Assembly: GCA_040954595.2 (NCBI GenBank)
Contig: CM082576.2
Coordinates: 6,885,129 to 6,949,128, forward strand
Source: Balanoglossus misakiensis
Taxonomy: Eukaryota; Animalia; Hemichordata
DNA length: 64,000 nt
Reading direction: 5' to 3'
Of this stretch, positions 40,808-53,400 are shown piece after piece. How positions within the stretch are numbered: the first letter of the stretch is position 1; every line of letters starts with the position of its first letter. Made by a program: the position numbers and the translations under genes. The notes beneath the pieces are model-generated. The model was not told the origin of the DNA and searched no databases. It worked only from the letters and a program-made list of their open reading frames with translations.

Positions 40808-41944
40808 ATGGAAGAAGTCACGCCGACCGCATCCATGGAACCGCGGGGACACCACGAGGCATTCGTCCAAACTGTGGTGATCTGTTCCGTTGTGCAAATG
40901 CTCACCATTGTCATAGGAGGCTCGGCCAACATCGCGGTGATCGCCACGAACATTTACACCAGAAAGTTCACTTCGAATTTTGAACTGCTGATTTCAATGC
41001 TCGCTCTGGCCGATGCCGTGGTGTGTGGAGTCGTTACCCCGATGGCGCTGCATTTGATGCACTCCGAACCAAGACACCCCAAACAATTCTGTCTGGTCTT
41101 TGTCTTCCTCGGCGTCCTCGGAGTCACACTTTCATTGACAACGCTGTCGGCCATCGCGATTCACAGACAGGCCATGCTAATTTGGCACCCCAAGAAAAAA
41201 GCGAGTGTGCCAACGTCTCTGGTGATCCGCTCCATCTTGATGTTGACCAGTCTGTCGCTGGCGGCTGTGGCGACGATACGCACGCACCGGCTTTGGAAGG
41301 ACGGACGCGGCCGCTGCTGCGCGGTGGTCCTGAGCCCGACCGAACATTTTGGTGACGACACCTTTCTTTTGGGCCTGGGACCCGTTTTCTTTCTCTGTCT
41401 CGTCACCGTCGTCGTCTGCTACTGCTGGATTGCATATATTGTGCGAAAACAGACCAGGAAGACTGCAGAGTCGCCGACAGGCGCCACCAGCGGCGTCGGT
41501 TATACGACCAAGACGATTCCGATCGGTCAAATCACCCTTGAGAAAGAATCGAAGGCGATAAAAACGTGTTTCATCGCAACGTTCGCACTCATTTGTTTGT
41601 GGGCGCCCATATTCATCTGCCAAATAATCGAAAAATGTCTGGACCGTCCATCCGAAATGCTGTTCCAATTGAAAATTGGTGGCCTCACCTTAATACTCGT
41701 CAATTCAGCCGCGAATCCTTTCATCTATGCAATAAACAGCACAATTTTGAAGCAGAGGGCTTCAAAATGTAAATACCAATTATGTATTTTTCTTGGTTGT
41801 CTACGACTGAAAACTCGGACAGTAAAGACAAGAGTGCTAGTTATCGGAAAGGAAAGTTTAGACGGAAGTGAAAACCAATCAACGTTCTGTGAAACATCGT
41901 CATCGTTCAGTAACAATATTTCGGAAGCCTCGAACGGAGTTTGA
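40808..41944 (+). CDS. GPR75: Class A orphan GPCR, GPR75-like (378 aa, intronless CDS)
   Basis: Seven hydrophobic segments; TM3 ends AIAIHR (DRY replaced by HRx); TM7 NPFIY. Matches to recalled human GPR75: RKFTSNFELLI~RKFRTNFDFMI, DAVVCGVVTPM~DLFICGVTAPM, KESKAIKTC~KDSKAVVTC, NPFIYAINS~NPFIYSRNS, KTRVLVIGKESLDGSENQSTFCETSSSF~KTRLRAMGKGNLEVNRNKSSHHETNSAY. First ATG is at 40808 (the track ORF starts at GTG 40751). Acceptor-like tracts at ~40468 and ~40705 suggest non-coding 5' exon(s). AATAAA at 42182. Confidence 0.85.
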   Translation: MEEVTPTASMEPRGHHEAFVQTVVICSVVQMLTIVIGGSANIAVIATNIYTRKFTSNFELLISMLALADAVVCGVVTPMALHLMHSEPRHPKQFCLVFVFLGVLGVTLSLTTLSAIAIHRQAMLIWHPKKKASVPTSLVIRSILMLTSLSLAAVATIRTHRLWKDGRGRCCAVVLSPTEHFGDDTFLLGLGPVFFLCLVTVVVCYCWIAYIVRKQTRKTAESPTGATSGVGYTTKTIPIGQITLEKESKAIKTCFIATFALICLWAPIFICQIIEKCLDRPSEMLFQLKIGGLTLILVNSAANPFIYAINSTILKQRASKCKYQLCIFLGCLRLKTRTVKTRVLVIGKESLDGSENQSTFCETSSSFSNNISEASNGV

Positions 41945-44480
41945 GAGCAATAGGTTGTTGGAGCACGCCCGCAACGACAAACAAGTGCACCCTTCTGTCT
42001 CGTTGGAATGATAACAAGGACGTTGCAAATCTCAAATGACTATAAAAGGGCTAGACAACAGCTGGTTGCCAGGTGAACCATGATATTTTGACCACAGGTG
42101 ATAAAATATTGTCAATGCTTGATAAATTGCGTATGTGAGATGACCTTTACAGAATATTAATTTTACAGAAAACATATCTTGAATAAATAATACACTTTCA
42201 CTCGTGTATTCTTTTGATGAACATATTTATTTGCTGACATAAATCAACATACATTATTCTCATTTCAACTGTACACAAAAGTTCTACGGGGTTCAATATG
42301 GGTCATCACCATGGATACCACCAGTACATTAGTTCAATATCATGCTCACTACCATCTACCACCTTGTATCTAATTACTACACCAGCCAGTCAATGTAAAC
42401 CCTTGATTTGCATTGGGCGGAGGGGGGGGGGGGGGCACGGTCTATTCATCTGTGTCAGCTGTCATTGCAATTGTTAGGTAAGCTAAGGGCGATTTTCTAA
42501 ATTATGGTAATTAGAAAGGAATTTGTAGTAACTTAGGGCCTCACTCAAATATAAGGTCACGTAGGGCTACTTTATGCAAGCAAGACCTGTAGCAACAGAA
42601 AATAAGATGCTTGTGATGTACTCTTTAACAAGAGGTGTCTTGGCCTCAAATACTTTTTACTGCGAGTTTTCATTTTGGAATTACGTGAAACTTCTTGGAC
42701 TACGCCAAGAATATGGCCACCAGATACACAAGTCACAGGGTTTGCATTGACTGGTATTGATACTACATTCACCACAATGTCAAAAGTGACAAGACCAGTT
42801 GTCATAGTAACTAAAGACATTTACTGTTTTTTTTTAATACTCAATCTGTGTAATATACCTATAACTTTCTTCAACAAAAGGAAAATGTAATGATATGAGT
42901 CAGGGGTGTTATTGCACGTACAGTTCATTGCACAAAGTTAGTCTACTGTACTGACAGTTGAACAACAATTGAGTTGGAAAGTATTTTTTTTCCACTAGAC
43001 ATAGTATACAGAACACAAGGGTCGAAGATCATAGTAGTAGACGTTCGAAAGGAGAGCTCCAGTAAACATAGCCAAAGTCAAGATGAGGTGACATCTTGTT
43101 ACAAGACGTGGAAAGTCAAAACATTAACTGTCCGAATGAAATAGAATGAGACCTGGGTTATTAATGTTCTTATATATGTGTTTTCTGGATATGGTGTGAC
43201 ATCATCATAAGTAGATAGGCCAATTTTCTGGCTTTTGCAGTCGTCACCAACACCGAAAAAAAACAAAAAACAAAGTAAATCTCCACGACACCTGGTGTTG
43301 AGGGCACTAATCAAGTAAAATAAACCAAGATTGGATTTACACGCTCGTCCAGATAGCCAGCAGTCTGTTGACTGTTGCATAGGGTCACTTCAACGTAAAA
43401 TAATACAATAAAAATTTTAAATATCACTTTAACAAATATTATACAAAATATCAAATTTAAACTTACACACACAGCAGTCGATGATTTGGTACATGGGTAA
43501 TTAATTGATTATACAAACACACTCTGGGGTATTAAAGTAAGCTATTTCATTTCACATAAATTACTCTATAACTATATATATATAATTTCATGTATAGACT
43601 CTATATTATTTTCAAATATGTACAGAACTGCACATCAAATTTAATATTTTAATACTTCGGCTCAAAGGAGAGTGGCTCCCCTCTGCTGTGCCAAGTGTTT
43701 TTATCCGTGTCCACACAGGAATATTGAATAATGTTCTATCAACTGCAAAACTCCCATCATCAATGGATCTTCTACACCAACCAAAGCTATGACAATCTCA
43801 CCAGAAACTAACTATCTAACAGCGTAATTCATTGAGACTTTGTTTGATCCAAGAACACTGTTCATCATAGAACACCGTCTTTAATTCCTAATTCTATTCC
43901 TATTAAAATTACATGGCTCAGAGTATTGCTTAACAGGCTAAAGATATTGCCAAATATTTCAACAGCAGTTAAATCATGCTATTATGACTTCTAAAAAGTC
44001 TTCATTTGAAACTCAAACCCCCTTCTTTCAATGGTTTGTAAGATATGCTTCTTGCAATCTACAAACCAGGTGGAGTTGCTTTTGCTCTTTGTGAAGAAAC
44101 AGGCAGATGAATTGAAAATAAATCCAAATCACAAGTGTGCCAATGTCATCCTGTATTCCTCAATAAATTTTAGTTTATACGGTATATTCCATGATTCTTC
44201 CCACCCCCAAAAAATAATGTATATCAAATGCTTTGTTCTTGATAGGTGAGGTGAACACAGGAAAAATAACAACAGAAAAAAAAGGCAATATGGTTTTACT
44301 TAATCAACATACTGACTGTAAAACATCAAGATGTTGACTTTTTCCCCAAAACTGCTGCTTTTCACACATACAAAAAAATGGACAAGTAAAAGTGCTACTT
44401 ATATCTTGGCAGAAAAAATGAAACATAACCTGGAGTAGGTTTATTGCGAACGCACCAACGCATGATATCTTTACAATGAG

Positions 44481-47400
44481 TTATTCCATGTTCTGAGTCA
44501 ACGATGCCTTCTCTTTGTCCGAGACATCTGACGGAATGTAATCTCCTGATGTTGTTGCGCCGTACGCCAAGCGGGGCGGGGCGGCATGGCGACTACTTTC
44601 ATCCCCTTCATCTCCCTTATCTTCAACTTCGTGAAGAACATCAGGAACAAAGTTCTGAAAAGAAATAAAAGACCGTTGAGGTTTCGTCGTAACAGCTTGT
44701 AAAGATATCCTAGTACCGGTACATGTAAGTCAGAATGGCTGAGTTTCTGTTATTCAGTAATATAAGGATCCCCACTGATACAAAATAGACTGAATCTGCA
44801 GGGAATAGTCTGGGCTTTCCTGGAGTGGTACATCAGATATATTTTATGGGATTGCAGTTACCATAGTAACGGCACGACTATTTCGACAGCATTTCCTCCT
44901 GCTGAATGACTAAGTAGATGTGCTGTTACATCGCTGCATGGGATGTGTCCTCACTTTGAATTTCAAAATCAGTCAATTTGAGATAATATGGTTCTGTAAT
45001 TTGAATAGTGAGCCCCATGAAAGTTTACTTGTGATTCTGTTCGCGTCAAGTGAATCCAACACCATAACACAACACAACACCTCACAACACAACACAAAAC
45101 AACACTACACAACACAACACAACGACCTATGTACCAGTTCACAGAAAGAATGTGTCAACAAATTACGAGTGTACTCACAGTGGGTTCGTCCTCTTGGGTC
45201 ACAGGTTCTTCTAAATTGGTGAATTCTTGATAGGAATGAGGAATGAAACCCATCCACACGTTGAAACAACTCCTTGCTATGAGCAGACCTAGGATGAGGA
45301 TTAGTACAGCTGCCAGTACAATGGTCCTTGGATCAAGTGAACCTGAAAAAACAAACAAAAAAACTTCTGAGCTAGCTACACTTGTATCCTTGGTATCCAT
45401 ACTACCAGGAAGCGAAAATTTGATAAATTGGTAAATCTACAGAGTTGAGAAAGAATTAAAGCACCATCGGTATAATTGCCAGTATGATTCCCCGCAACTC
45501 ACCGAGTCTGATGACAGAGAAGAAGAGCATTGAACACTGCAGCAAGACAGCAGATATGATCACGTAGTTGACAGCTGAGTCGTGGATTCCTTTGTCGATG
45601 CGCGATGGTCCATACGCGTAGTAGATGTTGTATCGATCAACTAGATGTTTGAAGATCATGTACAACAGTCCTGTACAGAAAAATAAACGAAAAGAACTTT
45701 CAGAAAAAATGCTGAGATTTGATATTTGAAGCGGAAACACATGGTTAATTAGCTTGTACCCATGGTCTGGTTTGATAATACACTGTAAGCAATCAGAAAT
45801 CATCCCTACTTACCAAATGGTACAATCAGGGGGCAAGTGATGCTGTAGACCACGATAATACTGATTATACACAGGGTCCATGCATACTGCACACCAAACT
45901 GGAATTCATATGCTAACTCCTGAAAATTGAAACATTCAACATTGTGTATTCTGGTCAACAGTGATAACTTTCAACAATACAGCTAGCTTGATGATAATAT
46001 GTTTTGCAATAATAAAATCAAAATGTTGATTTTTTGGGTAGTCATTATTGGGGCTTTATCATATGTTTTTCTAGGTTAAAAAATTTCTGGTTCAAATTCA
46101 AAAAGTCACAGCAAAATTTAATTAATCAATCAATCAATCACTGCTGTGACAGCCAATCACAGAAAGTCCTGGATGAATGATTGACAGGCGGGTGGAATAC
46201 CTTTCTGGTTGTAATCTTCTCAGCTTCCGACCTGGTCCACAACATGTTACAGGCGTAGTAGAACAACTCTGGGAAACGGAACAGTTCTAACGCAGTTCCA
46301 GCTACAGCACAGGTGATGATGTAATTCACGAAAAATGCACCATTGTCAGGAAGAAAAATACAGCTGCAAGAAACCACAGGGGAAAAGGTGACACATTTCA
46401 ATGACTGAATATTGATGTCCAGAATTCTTTTGAATGTTTTCTTTCCAGAAAAGCATCGACTTTTCATGGATTGTATTGGGCCTTTATTGGATGATATAGT
46501 AATTTTCACCAAGGTTATTTTCATCCTTAAAACCGAAAATACTTACTTCCATCTCATCCTGATTGCTTCCTCATTTTTCAGAGACCACTCAAAGAAGGCC
46601 TGAGCACTGCAAGCAAAATAATATATGAATAAATGTATTAATACTGGAATGTGGGAAATACATGAACATCTCCGAGGAAATCAATCTCAGTCCTCTTTGC
46701 TATAATGGTGAACTCATGTGAGATTAGTACAATGTATCATGTTCTGTCTGAATCTAAGATGTTCGTGTCAGCATGTAACAATATCAAGGATGCAACAATG
46801 CTAACTGTGATCAAGTGTGGACTTTCTAGTGTTTATGTACGCTGCACACCTGGTTAATCCTAGTGAAGGCAGGACTAGAAGCATGAACAACAGGAACAGG
46901 AAGGTCTTCCTCATCACCATGTGGTTTTCATCTGTCCTGGTCCAGTGCGCCTCAAACTGACTGGACCAATACACCAAGACGGGCAGCAGCGCTGAGAACA
47001 TCCACAGAAGCAGAGTCGGCAGAAACTGAGACACGAAGGGCGACTGAAAGGCAATTGTAAAGCTGGTAAAACTCTCTGCATCGTGTGGAAGGTGATTGAA
47101 AAGAAACTGATGAACTGAATTCGAAGAGAACCAATCCCAATGGATTTATCTGTCCTGCTCTTATCAATATCATTTTGTTTACACAGACCAAAGATATCAC
47201 TCAGTAACTGAACACCAAACAGAACAATTACAGGTAATACATGTAATCAGCACCAACATTTAGAGATAAAGAAAAAACTTACATGCAACTTCGCAAAGGC
47301 TTTCTGATAGTTGATATCGTCCAAGCCAGCCAGTATGACAGAGGGGGTTGTCAGAAAGAAGAGAAACACAACCAATACTGCGAAAAAAAAAATTGAGATT

Positions 47401-50400
47401 GAAGAGTAAAGATAAGCTCATCAAAGAAATTGAAGTACAATGTAATATCCGTCAATTTCAATCAGGGTAATCTCGGATGAAGCGTAAATCCCATTTCATC
47501 AATTTCAATTTCTGAATTCACTTGATTTGCTTGCAAAGTCATCCATACTGATGATGAATAGCGATTTTTGTAATCAGAAAAAAATGACAGTATAAGATGA
47601 GTCTATTTATAAATACTCAAGTTCCTCTGTCAAAATGGTGATGACATCAATGTACCATGCAAAACTTGAGAGAATTTTCATTTTCTCTGAGAGTCAGTAA
47701 TGATGCACATAACGTCTGTGCACACTCCAGATATATTAAAAGATGATAAATTTCCGATACTTACTGAGATTGATAATGATAACTCTGACCCACCACTGTG
47801 TTGGAGACACCGATAAATTCTCCCTGTCAATAAACAATCATTTCAAAACATTAGTTTTTTAGTAAATTGATGCATGTATCTTTATGGAAGTTCTCATGCA
47901 CAGTGATGTGTTTTTTAGGATTACTAAAACTAGATAACTTAGGAGTTCTACGTTTTTTTAAGGTACCGCAGTGCCAAAACTTGTGAACAAAAAACACTTC
48001 TCAATTCATATTAACATTATTATGTGCATGCACACTGAAGGGATGAGTCATACAAATTTTCAGGTACTTGCACGTACATGTACTTCCATTTTCAATTGCT
48101 TTAATGGTGATACTGCCTTTAGAATTGCTACATTACTGTGGAATCACTTCATCTGGTTGTAACTTAATGTATGCAACAAAGTTATACTTAACAAACACGC
48201 ATCAAACGTGATCACCATAAAAGTTTCTGACGGCAGAATCGTTTTCGAGACAGTGAAAAGAGATCTCTCCATCTTGTTTTTAACATACTTATTGCATGTC
48301 TCACCATTTGATGTTGTCTGGTGCTGGGGCGTAGTCCAGCTTCCATCTTGTTGAGTTGAGCTGAGTGCTGACACTTGAGATGGTGGGGGGTGTGGTCTTC
48401 AGCGTCTTATAGTCTTGTACAATCCTGCAACAACAAATCATGTACCGGTACTCAGCAGCCAGACTAAAATGTTGTTGAGAAATTCCTCACCGATGCCATA
48501 CATGTATATCCAAATCACTAAACAGTCAGGCAGTCTAGGAAATCTATAGGTTGTCTAGAAAATCTGTAGGCTATCTATAACATGTCTTCAGGCAGTCTTG
48601 ACAACCTATAAGATATCAAGAAAATCTGCATGTTGTCTAGAAACTGCCCTGATAGGCAGCCTAGAAAATCTATAGGCTGTATAGAAAATCTATGGAACAA
48701 GATAAAAATATTTTGTCTGGTAGTCTTGATTCCAGGTAATTAACTTACTTAGCTGCTATTTTCTCATTATGCACGGTGACAAACGCCATACCCAGGTTGC
48801 TACTGTAGGCTATCCTTCGTTCCTCCATCACTTCTTCTGTGTATTTGGCTTCGCGTTCAGCATAATACTCAATGGCATCAACCTACAGGGTAAATACAAC
48901 ATACAATGTACACACATGATGGTGGTGAGTATATTTTCTTTACTGGGCTGGGCTGTAGATCATGCACTATGATTTAGTAAATCTCTTCTCTTGGAATATA
49001 TGATTAGATGTTTTCTATACCACAAAATTCAAGTCGTGGCTTGAGAGACCCAAGTACCACTGATTGTTCAAATGCCCTTACCTTAGGCCCACCACAAGCA
49101 TCACAACAACTGACTTGCCCACAGGTGCCAGCTCTCAGTGTTGGTCTAATACCTGTGCGTTGATGCATCTCCATGCAGTGCAGACGATTCTCATGAGCAT
49201 GTCGCCTGTGCAGGGATAATGACATTGAACTTTATAAGTCACATTTGCTTTATAGAAATTCAAATGTAAAAGTCACATGCACCTTATTCGGAAGAACGAA
49301 ATTACCATCAACCAAAATCGATCATAATAATTTCCTGTCTTTCTGATTAATGTACGGAAGTGTACGTGGCAATTAAAATTGTGCAATTTAGAGCAAAATA
49401 TAACACATTGCAAAGATAATCTGATTGAGAAAAATCCTCAAATGATTCTTGATTGTTTATTTTCCTTTATTGATATCATCCAGACTTTTTATTTTTGTCT
49501 TAACAAAACTGAAACTGGTCTACACTCTCAAATAAAACACTCCTATAAAACAGCAATACCCACTTTTTCTTGGAGAGCCTCATCAGCTTGGTGATGTCAT
49601 AAGCAAACTGAATCTCTGTTACAATCACATCAGGATATGCCTCCCTGCAAGCAAGGTGAATAAAGAGAATTCAAGCTACATGATTACTGTACCAATCCTA
49701 ACTTCATTGCCAAACAATGCTTCTCAAATCCCAAGTACTCGGACGGGTATTTGACCAATATTGAAACATGGCCCATTTCCATCTCTACAAGACGTACTGC
49801 CACATATGCATTGCTGCAATGGTGACCATAACACATTGGACTATACACAATTTACATTGAATTGAAAAAAACAGATTAGACAGTAATGGGACATGTACTC
49901 ACTGAAAGTGCTGCTTTACAAGAGCTGGATCGGTTCTCTCCAACGGAATTCCAACAACAAACAGTGTGCGTGTCACCTGTGTGAGATGAAGAGATGTCAT
50001 TGTTACGCCTACGGTCTATGATGTCACTATTCATTACAACATACCAAGTAACAGGGATCATCTGTAAACCTATATGTATTATGTATCCATTCATTTCAGT
50101 TTTACCATGTTCGTTCCCTTACAATACCGGTATGTGTAGTTAATACACATGACACAGGAAAATAGCCTTTTTATTTAATATGTCAGAACTAATGTTATTT
50201 TCATCATAAGTGGCAGTGGGGAAAGTGGGAATGAAGTGAAATATAGAAAGAGCGCCACCAATGCTTGGAGTGTGCACAGTGACCCCAAATTTTTATTCTC
50301 AATTTTAAAAGAGAATAATCTAAAGTTGCCTTGAGCAAAGTTTGAGAAACAGTTTCAGATTTTGATTTTCTACGTGCATACTGCCATAATTGATATGAAT

Positions 50401-53400
50401 GTAGCGTATAGACTTACGATATCATGTTCTTCTCTATGCTGCAGATGAGTGGTGAAGTGCCTCATTAAGCCTAAGATGATGGCGAGATAGAGAACTGAGA
50501 ACACCGTATGAACCCAGAGTAATGACGAGCTGTAGAAAAGCAAAGATGACTGGGTTGAAAAGTAGAATGGGACTTGATGTGTGAATTGAAAAAAAAATTA
50601 CCATAACATGCATGCAGTCCATCCAAACACTGGCAAAAACCTCACGTACAATGTACATGTATGATATGTTGTATCCAATATGGATGATGGTGACAGAGAG
50701 GTGATATATGCCCAATATATGCTGTAAAGTGATGTACATGTACCCTTCAAGGCTGTGTGATTTTTGTCTTCACAGACATTTTCATGCATACCAGTATGCC
50801 CGTTCATTCGCAATATAACGCTGTCTGCAAAAGCTAACTGCATCGTATGCCATGTTACGTAGGGTGATAATAGCAGCAATTTCTCCCATTACCAGCAGGA
50901 ATCTCCAACTAAACTGAATCACATACCACACAACACTGTACTTTCATCTCATTTGCGCAATTTCAAAGAATGGGATCCTGTTTCCCGCTGTTCGTAAAAG
51001 CACAGGAAGCGCAACATCCGCTCGCCAAAAACAGAGATCAGAAAATGGCCATCCACTTACTCTGTGGGCAGGTTGGAAACGGTTGTGCGTCCAAAGTTTT
51101 GGGGACCACCCTCCTGACTTCCGGAGAAATTAACGGGTAGGATGACACAGAGAGACAGCACGCAGAGAACCACGAGCAGAAGCAGGATGTAGCGCTGGAA
51201 TGATATATACTGAATTGCGTCCACCCCAGACTTGGCTCGGATGTGCTCATCTCTGTCGAATGAAAAGAAAAAAGTTACTTCAAAGGCAGATGTAGGAATC
51301 TGGGGATAATTTAACTCTTTGGCATTCGAACTCAGTATCATATTGTGTAAGAGAAACTCAGTGAACATGCATGGAGGGACCATATTAGTACATTCACATG
51401 TTCCCAATTTTTTTTTAATCTTTCTTTTCATAGAAAAATATTTCGCCGGTAGAAATTGAGACTCGTACAGTACCTAACGCATATAATATACTCACTTGAT
51501 TCTGAAAATTGACGGAATCCAGGCACAGAATCCCTAGAAATGGAATATAATCACTGATGTGAAATTGAAATCTTCAAGGCATCCACAAGACTTGTATGAT
51601 TAAATACAATCTCACCCCCCAAGGACATGTGATTGGATATATCTTACACGCCAGTTGGGGGATATATTTTGTCTCACACGAGCCACAGCTGGGCGAATAT
51701 GAGACACAATATCCCAAGCGAGTGTGAGAAATCTTATCTCCTGGGTCTTTTGTGTGTGAGATTCTTTTTCTCAAAAGATAAAAAAATGTGTTAAATTCGC
51801 ACTAGACTCATAGCCTGCATGAACTCAAAAGAAATTTCCAATGTATACTATCTTTACGGCAATTTAATTTTCTTGACACAGCTGGTGTTTGAGACACCAA
51901 TATATCTGACACACGCGTGCACACACACACACACACACACACACTGCTACATGTACATGTATACCTGGTCTTCCTGATGAGGCATACGCAAGGGGGCTTC
52001 TTCACCGTCAGCATCATTGATGGGTTTTCCAGTTTCATCTTTTGAATGATCCCCAAAGAACCTCTGTGTCCATCTGCAAATCAACAAAGAAGGTGACTCG
52101 AAATCTCAACCAATCAAAATGCTGAATGCGTCCTTCCTTATGTTCTAAGGACATTATCGAATAGGCAAAATGATCTGAGAATGATAGAGAAAATGCTGAT
52201 ACATGTAGTTGTAAAGAAATGGAAACAATACCAGTTGAATTTGCGTCAAAACTGGGCAACCCTCAACTTTTGGAAATGTACAACATTGTGGTGCAATTTC
52301 AAAACAGCATCCCATCTGAATTGGACTAGAATTTAATTTGACAAAAAAAATATTCTTCCCCTTGAATGCTGCATACATAAACAAATTGATATACCATGAC
52401 AAAAAACTCCAAAATAGCATTATTTCATTTCTATAAAACTACACAACATATCAGCAATTCACTTAAGTGTTGACATTCAGAGAGAAGATTCAGGTTGAAT
52501 AAATAAATAATCTACCATGAAAGATATATGGACACTACCGGTAGAGGGCGCGGAAGATTGGTGGGCGGGACTTGTCACAACCATGGCAACCAATGTCATT
52601 TCCAAGTATGATGGCAAACATTTTTGTTTATCTCTCGGTGTGATTCTGTTGCTTATATTTCAAAATCATACAAATATCCATATACCCAAATGATGCAGAT
52701 AAGCAACACGAAGATGTATCATAAAGATGATGTATTTATCTCTTTTTTGTTAAACACAAAAAAGTGAGATGGTTTTTTAACTGGAATGTCAACGCAGTGC
52801 AAGCAGTATGATAGAAAAGACATACACAATTTTGCAATTTGATGTGAAGATGTTGTGTTGACTTAAGTGATTAACACCATTCACCCTTACGTTCCCATGG
52901 CATTAAAGATGTCTGTATATAAGAGTGGGATATGATGATATGACAAGTAGTTGTATATCAGCCGTTCGTAAATGTGCGACATTCTGCTTGATTTGAATCT
53001 CTTAAAGCCAGCCTGTCATGCACATGACGTTTGAAGTTGACAGCAGGTGTGATATGTTTGTGTTGACGAGTGTGTGCTGTCATAGCCATGGCAAGCAACA
53101 GATGACATGTCCATGAATTCAATTTATGGTATATGCACATGAGTGAACTACAAAGAAAAAGACAGCTATGGGCTGCTACATGTATGTCAGTGAAAGATAT
53201 ACATCAGTGGAGGCTATAGCTAAGAAATAATGCACCTCAGGGTCAGGTTAAGTATAAAATGAAAGTATATCTACAAACTCTCAGTTCTTTGCTGGGGATT
53301 TCTCTGCAGAAAAGTAACAAAAGTAGTTGCGATGTTGAATGATGATATCATAACTTTCGCAACTGATTACAACTACAGCTTGGCAGTCATATTTTTCTGT

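Noticed and set aside
41023-41916. Overlapping alternate-frame and antisense ORFs within the GPCR
   Set aside because: Expected shadow ORFs of a GC-rich coding exon.
48305-48424. Apparent frameshift at a C-run in a TMEM63 exon
   Set aside because: Recounting the run gives an intact frame ([10 protein letters not shown]...[10 protein letters not shown]).
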